Shown here one piece after another: positions 56,431 to 64,000 of a stretch of DNA of 64,000 bases (position 1 is its first letter; every line of letters begins with the position of its first letter). The stretch comes from an uncultured virus (IMG/VR IMGVR_UViG_3300046532_001410) (lineage: Duplodnaviria > Heunggongvirae > Uroviricota > Caudoviricetes), in IMG/VR virus record IMGVR_UViG_3300046532_001410, one strand, 5' to 3'. Position numbers and translations under genes: made by a program. Under the pieces are notes generated by a model. The model saw nothing but the letters and a program-made list of their open reading frames with translations. It was not told where the DNA came from and made no database searches.

Positions 56431-58846
56431 TAAACAACTGAATCCACGATTGACTGGTTCATTTACTCTAAGTGGTTCACTTACGGGTACTGCAATTATT
56501 CCACCAGAAGCTATTGATGGACAACTTGGTATATTTGCTTCGACTGGTTCTTATCAATCCACACATAATAGTTTAGTAATAACGGGTTCAATAACATCAA
56601 GTGCTGGATTTGAAGGTGATGGTAGTGGATTGACTGGAATATTACCAAGTGGTATAAATGGACAACTTGGAATCTTTTCATCAACAGGTTCAATACAATC
56701 CACACACAATGATTTAGTTGTTACTGGTTCAATGAGTGTAAACACTGCAGTAACTACATCAACTGCAATAACTACAAACAATATAACAACTGGGTATCCT
56801 ACTTCTAATAATTGGGGTACAAGTTTAGATGGAAGTTACTTTAATAACTTTGATAATACAACCCACGTGAGTGAAATATTAAGATTTATGGCTGGAATAA
56901 TTAGTCATTCAATAGATACATCATCCCCAACACCAAACACAAAGACATTTGCAAGTATAGATACAATTGAAAATAGTTTAGGTAACACAGATACTGTCGA
57001 TGGATATTTACCACAGAGTTACGATAGTTCAAATGCAACTATGAAATATCTTTATACAAAAAGGTGGGTAATAGATGGTGGTACAATATTTAGTGGGGTT
57101 AGTTCATATCACGATAATGGTAATACATATAAAATAGATTTTGATTCTAATAGTGGTGGTTCAACGAGTATTAATTCCACATCCGATACCGAGTTATTTG
57201 GGTTGGGAAGTTTAACAAGTGGTGGAGTAACAGATTTTAAAGTTAGAGTATATGCAACACAATCGTTTAGTGATACGGGTAGTATTTCTACACCAACAAA
57301 TACATCTAACAAATACACAACCCAATCAATATATGATATAACACAGGATTCATTTGGAACAACAAGTGGTGTGACTTTAGCAAAAATTGATTCTGCTAAT
57401 CCCGCAGTTATACCTGCTGCATATCAAGATGGTAAGTTTGTAGATGTAGGTGGTACAAGTATGAAAACTTTGTTGAGAAAATATCACGCAACTGAAACAA
57501 GTTTTACAAGTGTATCATCAAGTGGATACTATAATTTTTATGGGTTAAAGGTTGGAATTGCAACTGGTTCAGGTGATTATACTTTCAAAGCTGGTTCATC
57601 TAAAAATAGATTTTGGGCACCAATAGACCAGATAAGTACAGATATCGGAACTAATTCATTAACAATATCACATGCAACTCAGAGTTATGTAAGTGCTACA
57701 TCAAGAAGTTTGAGTGGAGCACCATATTTAATTAACTCAACATATCATTTAAGTGCATCGGTGAGTGGATTATTTAACCCAATGTACGCAGCATCAACCA
57801 CGATAGTTGATGATAATATAAGTTCAGTAGGTGTTGGTTCAGTAAGTTCAACATCTGGTGTAGATGATTTAAGTACGAATGGGGGAACAATTCAAACTGC
57901 AAATGCAGTATTTAGTGATACAAGTCATTCACCAACAGTCAGAGGTACGAGTGTAGTACCAACAAGAACAGATGTTTATAAACATAATTCAATTTATACT
58001 TTAGCTGGTTCTACAGGAGAAAATATAAATCAGACTGGTGTAAGTGATTCTACATTTACAATCGGAGTTAGAGCAAGAAATCGTGCATCATCTCAATCTA
58101 CATTAGCAACCTATACATACAATTACCACAACGCTGGAACATTCGGACAACCCGCAGGTAGTGGTTCTTTGGGAGTCTATCAGAGAGCACAAGGATATGA
58201 TGGTGGAAGTTTGACTGGAACGAGTGAAACATTTACAGGAGAAGATTTTAGAATACAATTATTAGATAATGTTACAGCATTTAATGGTACTGCTTGGGTT
58301 ACTACATATGCAATCAATCAGTTGGGTTCTTATGATTTACAAGTGAAACCGGGATATTTGGTAGACCCAGGTGGAGATTATAGATATTGGTATTATGAGG
58401 ATTATAATGACCATGGAACATACAAATATTATATACGAAGATTCCAAGATGGAAGTGCAAGAACAAGTATGACCATCAATACAGGTAAAACATTAGTGAA
58501 TTGGAACTCTACATCAACAGGTACGGCAGTTGGATTGATATTAAAGAGTGGTACAAGTGCAGGAAGTAATACATCAATTACAAATTGTAGACTATATGAC
58601 CCAAGTGCAACTACAAGTAACTTGATATCTGCAGGAGTATCAACGGATAACCATATTAATCCATTCAGTTCTGATATAGATTTGTATGGGAACACTGGTG
58701 GTAGTATATCCACAACCACTTATACTGTCCCAATGAGAAATGCGGATGGAATGTACTTAGATTCAAGTGATAATGAACTTTATGTAATAGTTAGATATAA
58801 AGGTGATGAAACACCAGTAACTTCAATAGCAGTGACATTTAGTTAA
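56414..58846 (+). CDS. Large Ser/Thr/Gly-rich virion structural (fibre/collar-like) protein
   Basis: 810 aa, beta-rich, S/T/G-rich, located in the neck-tail region. Confidence 0.65.
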   Translation: MALIDSKQLNPRLTGSFTLSGSLTGTAIIPPEAIDGQLGIFASTGSYQSTHNSLVITGSITSSAGFEGDGSGLTGILPSGINGQLGIFSSTGSIQSTHNDLVVTGSMSVNTAVTTSTAITTNNITTGYPTSNNWGTSLDGSYFNNFDNTTHVSEILRFMAGIISHSIDTSSPTPNTKTFASIDTIENSLGNTDTVDGYLPQSYDSSNATMKYLYTKRWVIDGGTIFSGVSSYHDNGNTYKIDFDSNSGGSTSINSTSDTELFGLGSLTSGGVTDFKVRVYATQSFSDTGSISTPTNTSNKYTTQSIYDITQDSFGTTSGVTLAKIDSANPAVIPAAYQDGKFVDVGGTSMKTLLRKYHATETSFTSVSSSGYYNFYGLKVGIATGSGDYTFKAGSSKNRFWAPIDQISTDIGTNSLTISHATQSYVSATSRSLSGAPYLINSTYHLSASVSGLFNPMYAASTTIVDDNISSVGVGSVSSTSGVDDLSTNGGTIQTANAVFSDTSHSPTVRGTSVVPTRTDVYKHNSIYTLAGSTGENINQTGVSDSTFTIGVRARNRASSQSTLATYTYNYHNAGTFGQPAGSGSLGVYQRAQGYDGGSLTGTSETFTGEDFRIQLLDNVTAFNGTAWVTTYAINQLGSYDLQVKPGYLVDPGGDYRYWYYEDYNDHGTYKYYIRRFQDGSARTSMTINTGKTLVNWNSTSTGTAVGLILKSGTSAGSNTSITNCRLYDPSATTSNLISAGVSTDNHINPFSSDIDLYGNTGGSISTTTYTVPMRNADGMYLDSSDNELYVIVRYKGDETPVTSIAVTFS
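56513..56734 (+). repeat. Intragenic direct repeat, two copies, 141-nt (47-aa) period
   Basis: IDGQLGIFASTGSYQSTHNSLVITGS vs INGQLGIFSSTGSIQSTHNDLVVTGS. Confidence 0.8.
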
Positions 58847-58856
58847 GAGATAAATT

Positions 58857-59984
58857 ATGGCAATTAATAACGAAAAAAAATCAAATAGATTACTCGGTGG
58901 TAGAAGATTTACGAGTGCTGATTTAAATACTTCACAAGAAGCATTTACAGAGGTATTGGATTTAGGTGCATCCGAGATTTATACTCAAGCCAATTTAATA
59001 CCATCAAGTGGATTACCATTTAGTGGAAGTTCTCAGAGTGGAACTACGTTTCAAGTTAATAGTAATGATGTATTAAAATATTGGTATAGGTTTAGGTTAA
59101 CTAAATCTAATGTTGATGAGGATGCTTGGTTCTTTATTTCACCGACAGGTAGTGCAAGTGGGGTAACCCCGCAGTTAATACAAACTGGCCAACAAACAAA
59201 TTTCATATCACCAAAATATTCAATTGCTTCATTAGCAAATGCTAATACAGAAGATACAACACCTGGATATGGAGTTAGAGTATATTCATCAACAGGAACT
59301 AATAGTGGTTCATTAGATGGGGATGATGTTATATCAGGTAATGATTATCAGTTTGATTATAAAACTGGTGTATTACAATTTGATACTGCAAGAAGTTCAA
59401 ATGCTATAGTTTATATGAGTGTTTGTCAATATGTTGGTACAACACTTGCAACTGGATTAAACATACAAGGTGATATAACTGCAAATAATTTTATAGTAAG
59501 TTCATCGGTTACGAATATAACCACGCAGGAGATAAGTGGTTCAACAAGGTTCGGTGATAGTTTAGATGATACACATCAATTTACAGGTAGTGTTAGTATT
59601 AGTGGTTCACTTACACCTACCGCAGATGATATTATGGATTTGGGGAGTGCAACCTTCCAATGGAAAGATTTACACTTAGATGGTACAGCAAATATAGATA
59701 CATTAAGTTTATCCGATGGGTTTACTTATAATGGGGTATCATTAAATACGAGTGGTAGTGGAGCAGCAACAGGTTTACAAGTTACTGGTTCTAACTTCGA
59801 GTTTAGGGCTAACAACCCAGACAATTTATTCACACTAAAAAATAGTAGTGATGAAATATCTATACAGATAGATAATAAAGTAATAATATTGGGGGAATCT
59901 ACTTCAACACCGACACCACAAAAGGGTGGAATGTATTATAGTAGTTCAGTATGGTATTTAGGGTACGAAAACTCACCAATCTAA
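58857..59984 (+). CDS. Virion structural protein
   Basis: S/G/T-rich; YQFDYKTGVLQF; SGSTRFGDSLDDTHQFTGS motif shared with upstream structural genes. Confidence 0.65.
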   Translation: MAINNEKKSNRLLGGRRFTSADLNTSQEAFTEVLDLGASEIYTQANLIPSSGLPFSGSSQSGTTFQVNSNDVLKYWYRFRLTKSNVDEDAWFFISPTGSASGVTPQLIQTGQQTNFISPKYSIASLANANTEDTTPGYGVRVYSSTGTNSGSLDGDDVISGNDYQFDYKTGVLQFDTARSSNAIVYMSVCQYVGTTLATGLNIQGDITANNFIVSSSVTNITTQEISGSTRFGDSLDDTHQFTGSVSISGSLTPTADDIMDLGSATFQWKDLHLDGTANIDTLSLSDGFTYNGVSLNTSGSGAATGLQVTGSNFEFRANNPDNLFTLKNSSDEISIQIDNKVIILGESTSTPTPQKGGMYYSSSVWYLGYENSPI

Positions 59985-59991
59985 TATTTAT
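59984..59991 (+). promoter_or_regulatory. ATATTTAT motif, putative late promoter
   Basis: Intergenic; AGGAG 60015-60019, ATG 60026. Confidence 0.6.
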
Positions 59992-60025
59992 AATTGATAA
60001 TTAAAAGTCCAATTAGGAGAACAAC

Positions 60026-61867
60026 ATGGCACAATGGAGAAAAGTAGTAGTATCAGGTTCATCACCAGAATTTTCGGTGGTGAGTGCATCATCTGATATA
60101 TATGCTACAGGGAACGTAAAAACAATCGGTGATTTAACAGTCGCTGGTGGAGATATTGTACTCGGAACAACGAGTATATTTTCTGGTGGTAATACCACTT
60201 CCTTGAATAATATAGATGCAATTGACGCAACAACGGAAGCAACTATAGAATCCGCTATTGATACATTAAGTAACCTAACTACAGTCGGAGCTTTGGATGC
60301 GGGTAGCATTACAAGTGGATTCACTTCCATTGATGTTGGTAGTGGAGCAATAACTACGACTGGAACTATTAGTGGTGCTACGGGAACATATACAGGAACA
60401 ATTAGTGGTTCTGCAGTTTATGGTACTACGATTGGACAGAACAGAGTTGATGGTGTGAAAACAATAACCATTGAAGCAAATTCTACAATTAACCAAGATG
60501 TTACAAGTGATGCTTCCCCCCAATTTACAGGTATAGAATTAGGACATGGTAGTGATACAACAATTACAAGAGCAAGTGCAGGAAATTTAAATATTGAGGG
60601 TAATGTTGTTTATCGTGCTGGTGGAACTGATGTCCCAGTGGCAGATGGTGGAACAGGTGCCTCAACATTAACAGATGGTGGAGTTCTATTAGGTAGTGGA
60701 ACTGGTGCAATCACAGCAATGGGCGTTCTTTCAGATTCCCAAATGATTGTTGGTGATGGTAGTGGTGACCCAGTAGCAGAAAGTGGAGCAACATTAAGAA
60801 CTTCAATCGGAGTTGGAACTACAGATGCTGTAAGTTTCGGTTCATTGATTAGTGGTTCTGCAGATTTATGGGTAGGAGATACTACAAGCTATATAAGTGG
60901 TAGTGGTGGTAACTTTAAAGTTACTGGTAATATAAACGGAACTATCGCAACAGCAACGCAAGGAACTATTGACCACGATAGTTTAGCAAATTTTGTAGCA
61001 AATGAACATATAGACCATAGTTCAGTAAGTGTTGTAGCAGGTGCCGGATTAACAGGTGGTGGAACAATCGCAGCTAACAGAACTATCAATGTTGTTGGTG
61101 GAACAGGTATAACTGCAAACGCCGATGAAATAACAACCACAGATGGTGAGATTGTTCACGATAATTTAAGTGGATTTGTAGCAAACGAACACATAGACCA
61201 TAGTGGAGTAACGATAACTGCAGGAACTGGATTAACTGGTGGTGGAACAATAGCCGCAACAAGAACTTTAAACGTAGCTGGTGGAGATGGTATAACTGCA
61301 AATGCAAATGATATTGCAATCACTGCAGCACAAACAACGATTACTTCGATATACAATACGGCTTTAAAAGTTGGTTCAGCAGCATCACAAGAGTATGTTG
61401 ATTTCTCAACTGCTAATGAGGTTAATACTAAGATTAATAATTCAGAAATTCATAGTGTAACTGCGACGGGTGTAGATATAACTGGTGCAGTTACTATTAG
61501 TGGTAACTTGGATGTTAATGGAGATTTAACAACAATCGATAGTACAAACTTGAGAGTTGCAGATAGATTTATCTACGCTTCAAGTGGTTCAACAAGTGGA
61601 GATGGTGGTTTAATAATTGGAACTGGTGCAAATGGTATCGGTACTGCACTTGGATATGATGATAGTGTTAAGAGATGGGGATTAACCAAAGAAGATGATA
61701 CTGCTCACGATGCTACAGCAATCGTACCAAGACAATATGTTGTTTCGGTTAGTGGTTCTGCAACATCACCAGGTGCTACTCCATCAGATTTTGGAACAGC
61801 AGCAGGAGATAGAATTGGAATGATGCATGTCAACACTAATGATGGTGAGATTTGGATTTATAGTTAA
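60026..61867 (+). CDS. Gly/Thr-rich fibre-like virion protein
   Basis: Fibre-type motifs (DVPVADGGTGASTLTDGGVLLG; AGAGLTGGG) and an internal tandem repeat. Confidence 0.7.
   Translation: MAQWRKVVVSGSSPEFSVVSASSDIYATGNVKTIGDLTVAGGDIVLGTTSIFSGGNTTSLNNIDAIDATTEATIESAIDTLSNLTTVGALDAGSITSGFTSIDVGSGAITTTGTISGATGTYTGTISGSAVYGTTIGQNRVDGVKTITIEANSTINQDVTSDASPQFTGIELGHGSDTTITRASAGNLNIEGNVVYRAGGTDVPVADGGTGASTLTDGGVLLGSGTGAITAMGVLSDSQMIVGDGSGDPVAESGATLRTSIGVGTTDAVSFGSLISGSADLWVGDTTSYISGSGGNFKVTGNINGTIATATQGTIDHDSLANFVANEHIDHSSVSVVAGAGLTGGGTIAANRTINVVGGTGITANADEITTTDGEIVHDNLSGFVANEHIDHSGVTITAGTGLTGGGTIAATRTLNVAGGDGITANANDIAITAAQTTITSIYNTALKVGSAASQEYVDFSTANEVNTKINNSEIHSVTATGVDITGAVTISGNLDVNGDLTTIDSTNLRVADRFIYASSGSTSGDGGLIIGTGANGIGTALGYDDSVKRWGLTKEDDTAHDATAIVPRQYVVSVSGSATSPGATPSDFGTAAGDRIGMMHVNTNDGEIWIYS
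60968..61315 (+). repeat. Intragenic tandem repeat, two copies, 183-nt (61-aa) period
   Basis: HD.L..FVANEHIDHS.V...AG.GLTGGGTIAA.RT.NV.GG.GITANA occurs twice. Confidence 0.85.
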
Positions 61868-61891
61868 TAAATAATAAATAAAAGAGGTTAT

Positions 61892-62182
61892 ATGGCGATA
61901 AGAGCGAAAGAAGTAAAAACTATTGTTAATGAAGTAGCAAAGTTTAAAAAGGATGAAATTGAATTTTTATTCGAATTGATTAAAAATGGAATGATTCCAG
62001 GTAAACATATTGGTCTTGCAATGGATGTGATTAATAAATTAAAATCACAATACCAATTGTTAGATAGAAAAGGTGCTGTAGTTAAGACAACTAAAAGTAC
62101 TAAAGATGTAGTAAGAGAGAATATAGAAAGAGTTCAACACGAAATTAAAGAGCAAGATGGTGAACTTTTTATTGAAGAATAA
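61892..62182 (+). CDS. Small hypothetical protein (possible fibre chaperone)
   Basis: GAGG upstream; helical 96-aa ORF after the fibre gene. Confidence 0.6.
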   Translation: MAIRAKEVKTIVNEVAKFKKDEIEFLFELIKNGMIPGKHIGLAMDVINKLKSQYQLLDRKGAVVKTTKSTKDVVRENIERVQHEIKEQDGELFIEE

Positions 62183-62187
62183 CTTTA

Positions 62188-62245
62188 TTGGCCTGATGTT
62201 TGGCGACATTGGGAAGTGGGCCGAAAGGTAACCAACCATAAGGAG
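62188..62245 (+). ncRNA. Candidate structured cis-acting RNA upstream of the S74-domain gene
   Basis: GC-rich island in AT-rich DNA; TTGG/CCAA closes two hairpins (CCTGATGT/ACATTGGG and GCC-GAAA-GGT) and abuts the SD AAGGAG. Confidence 0.45.
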
Positions 62246-62255
62246 AATGAATTAA

Positions 62256-62708
62256 ATGCCAAATTGGAAAAAAGTAGTAGTATCGGGTTCAAGTGCCCAC
62301 CTAAATGAAGTAACTGCATCTGGAGTTATATGGACTGAATCTGATATAAGTGGTTCAACCATACGAGCTAGTGGTGATATCATTGCTTACAATTCATCCG
62401 ACAAAAATTTAAAAGATAATATAACATATATAGGTAACTCATTAGAGAAGTTGCAGAAAATTGGTGGTTATGAATTTGACTGGAATAAAAAACAAGATAT
62501 TTATTCAGGTCACGATGTTGGAGTTATTGCTCAAGAAATTGAGGCCATTTTACCATCTGCAGTCAATGACCGAGATACTGGTTACAAGGGTGTTCAGTAT
62601 CATAAGATAATTCCATTATTAGTTGAGGGAATCAAGGAATTAAACCAAAAGGTCGACCATCTCCAAAATCTCTTGGAAGAAAAAAATAGCTCTATAGAAA
62701 AAATTTAA
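62256..62708 (+). CDS. Short protein with intramolecular chaperone/peptidase S74 domain
   Basis: SSDKNLKDNI, GYEFDWN, GVIAQEIEAILP and VQYHKIIPLLVEGIKEL; N-terminus resembles that of 60026..61867. Confidence 0.85.
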   Translation: MPNWKKVVVSGSSAHLNEVTASGVIWTESDISGSTIRASGDIIAYNSSDKNLKDNITYIGNSLEKLQKIGGYEFDWNKKQDIYSGHDVGVIAQEIEAILPSAVNDRDTGYKGVQYHKIIPLLVEGIKELNQKVDHLQNLLEEKNSSIEKI

Positions 62709-62751
62709 TTAAAATGAGCGAATAAATAAATCGTTTTCAAGTTATACAATT

Positions 62752-62759
62752 ATATTTAT
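62752..62759 (+). promoter_or_regulatory. ATATTTAT motif, putative late promoter
   Basis: Intergenic; AAGGAG 62785-62790, ATG 62798. Confidence 0.6.
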
Positions 62760-62797
62760 ATACAACCGAATAAACATTATTATAAAGGAGTTATGAT

Positions 62798-63097
62798 ATG
62801 GCTGAAAAGCAAACAAAAGTGGATAAAACAAAAATAGTATTTTCAGAGGATGAGTTAAAATCCCTTGAAACTTTACGTACTTCATACAATACCATACAAA
62901 GTGATTTTGGTGTTATTAAAGTTCGTAAAATATTATTACAGCAACAACTGGATGGTTTAGAACAAACTGAAATAGAATTAGAAACCAGATATGCTGAAAA
63001 TCAACAAAATGAACAAAAGTTAGTAAAAGAACTTAACGACAAGTATGGTGCTGGTAATTTAGATATTGGTACTGGTGAATTTACACCGAATAGTTAA
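62798..63097 (+). CDS. Small coiled-coil protein
   Basis: Heptad-rich with C-terminal KYGAGNLDIGTGEF; strong SD. Confidence 0.65.
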   Translation: MAEKQTKVDKTKIVFSEDELKSLETLRTSYNTIQSDFGVIKVRKILLQQQLDGLEQTEIELETRYAENQQNEQKLVKELNDKYGAGNLDIGTGEFTPNS

Positions 63098-63137
63098 GAA
63101 ATTTCTCTAAGCTGATATCGTTTGGTGATTTAGCTTT

Positions 63138-63145
63138 ATACTTAT
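63138..63145 (+). promoter_or_regulatory. ATACTTAT variant of the putative late promoter, upstream of tail sheath
   Basis: One mismatch to ATATTTAT, in the intergenic region before the sheath gene. Confidence 0.45.
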
Positions 63146-63196
63146 ATAGTGTATAGTTTTATCTATGACAAATAATCAATAAATAGGAGAATAACA

Positions 63197-64000
63197 ATGG
63201 CCGAGAGAATAGTCTCACCAGGTGTATTTACAAGAGAAAAAGATTTATCTTTCCTACCACAAGGTATTGCTGATATTGGAGCTGCAATCATTGGACCGAC
63301 AGTTAAAGGTCCGGCGTTTGTACCAACACAAGTAACAAGTTTTTCGGAATTTGAAAATATCTTTGGTGGTTTAGATACTCGATTTTATGTACCATATACC
63401 GTCCAAGAATATATAAAGAATGCTCCGACCGTCACCATAGTTCGTGTATTAGGAATCGGTGGATATAAACATTCTGCAGTTAGAGTTAACTTATCAAGTT
63501 CACTCGGAACATATACTGCAGCAGTTTTAAAACCATCAAGACTAAGTAATACGTTGGATTTAGGTGGTGTAACGAGTGCATCTTTAGCAGCGGGAGCTGA
63601 TTTTGCTGGAGGCTCTATCACAATAGGTAGTGTATCTGCAAAAACAATAAGTTTTGATACAGGTTCGGATGATTACATCGAAAAAGTATTCGGAACAGAC
63701 CCACAAACAACTAACACAAATGTATATGTGTATAAATCATTTAAAAAATTCCATTCAAGTAATGGATTTGATGCTAATGTAAGTATGAGTTTAGTCTCAG
63801 CTTCAACTGCAACTGGTGATGATTTTACACACGATTACAAAGTAGCAACAACACCTTATATTGTATCACAATTAAGTGGTGGAGCTAGAAAAAATTTATT
63901 TAAAGTTAATACTCGTTCGCATGGTACGAATGTAAATGATGATTTCAAGATTGCAGTAGCAGATTTGACAACAGCAGCTAATGTACCAGGTTCTGATTAT
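63197..64000 (+). CDS. Tail sheath protein (contractile tail), 3'-truncated by window
   Basis: Translated by hand from ATG 63197 (AGGAG 63185-63189): MAERIVSPGVFTREKDLSFLPQGIADIGAAIIGPTVKGPAFVPTQVTSFSEFENIFGG, a typical sheath N-terminus. Missing from the ORF track, consistent with no stop before the window end. Confidence 0.92.
   Translation, partial: MAERIVSPGVFTREKDLSFLPQGIADIGAAIIGPTVKGPAFVPTQVTSFSEFENIFGGLDTRFYVPYTVQEYIKNAPTVTIVRVLGIGGYKHSAVRVNLSSSLGTYTAAVLKPSRLSNTLDLGGVTSASLAAGADFAGGSITIGSVSAKTISFDTGSDDYIEKVFGTDPQTTNTNVYVYKSFKKFHSSNGFDANVSMSLVSASTATGDDFTHDYKVATTPYIVSQLSGGARKNLFKVNTRSHGTNVNDDFKIAVADLTTAANVPGSDY

Noticed and set aside
1..64000. CRISPR arrays, tRNA/rRNA genes, integrase/transposase, introns/inteins, reverse transcriptase, stop-codon reassignment
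   Set aside because: None seen by eye. Intergenic gaps are short, core genes (terminase, portal, MCP) are uninterrupted and of normal size, and TAA, TAG and TGA all end genes at sensible positions. A tRNAscan/Infernal run would be needed to exclude small RNAs formally.

Overview
This window is a gene-dense, AT-rich fragment of a large T4-like myovirus genome. Every credible gene is on the + strand and reads in the standard code. It has three blocks. (1) 1-28.7 kb: a tightly coupled island of about 35 glycan and surface-modification genes: GT7-like enzymes carrying LamG inserts, other glycosyltransferases, NeuB/NeuA-like enzymes, nucleotidyltransferases, HAD phosphatases, sulfotransferase-like proteins, two radical SAM enzymes, six SGNH-like paralogues and several ParB/Srx-like proteins. 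(2) 28.7-51.8 kb: the head module (large terminase, portal, gp21-like prohead protease, scaffold, gp23-like major capsid protein) plus a phage ribosomal protein bS21. It is interleaved with many accessory ORFs that share a ~10-aa leader (M-[IL]-K-L-x-x-[LI]-[LIV]-x-E) and are built from modules joined by (I/L/V)-x-E or ESVNE linkers. (3) 51.9-64 kb: neck, tail-completion and Ser/Gly/Thr-rich fibre genes, and the start of the tail sheath. The best candidate for an undescribed system is a capsid-targeted cargo set processed by the prohead protease. It includes a ~1500-aa polyprotein (CCA-adding nucleotidyltransferase + HD hydrolase + HIGH-type nucleotidyltransferase + ligase-like domain) and a leader-tagged P-loop kinase, which together resemble a virion-delivered tRNA/RNA repair kit. 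An intergenic ATATTTAT motif (likely late promoter) and two candidate structured RNA leaders are also visible. All assignments come from motif recognition by eye; no searches were run.
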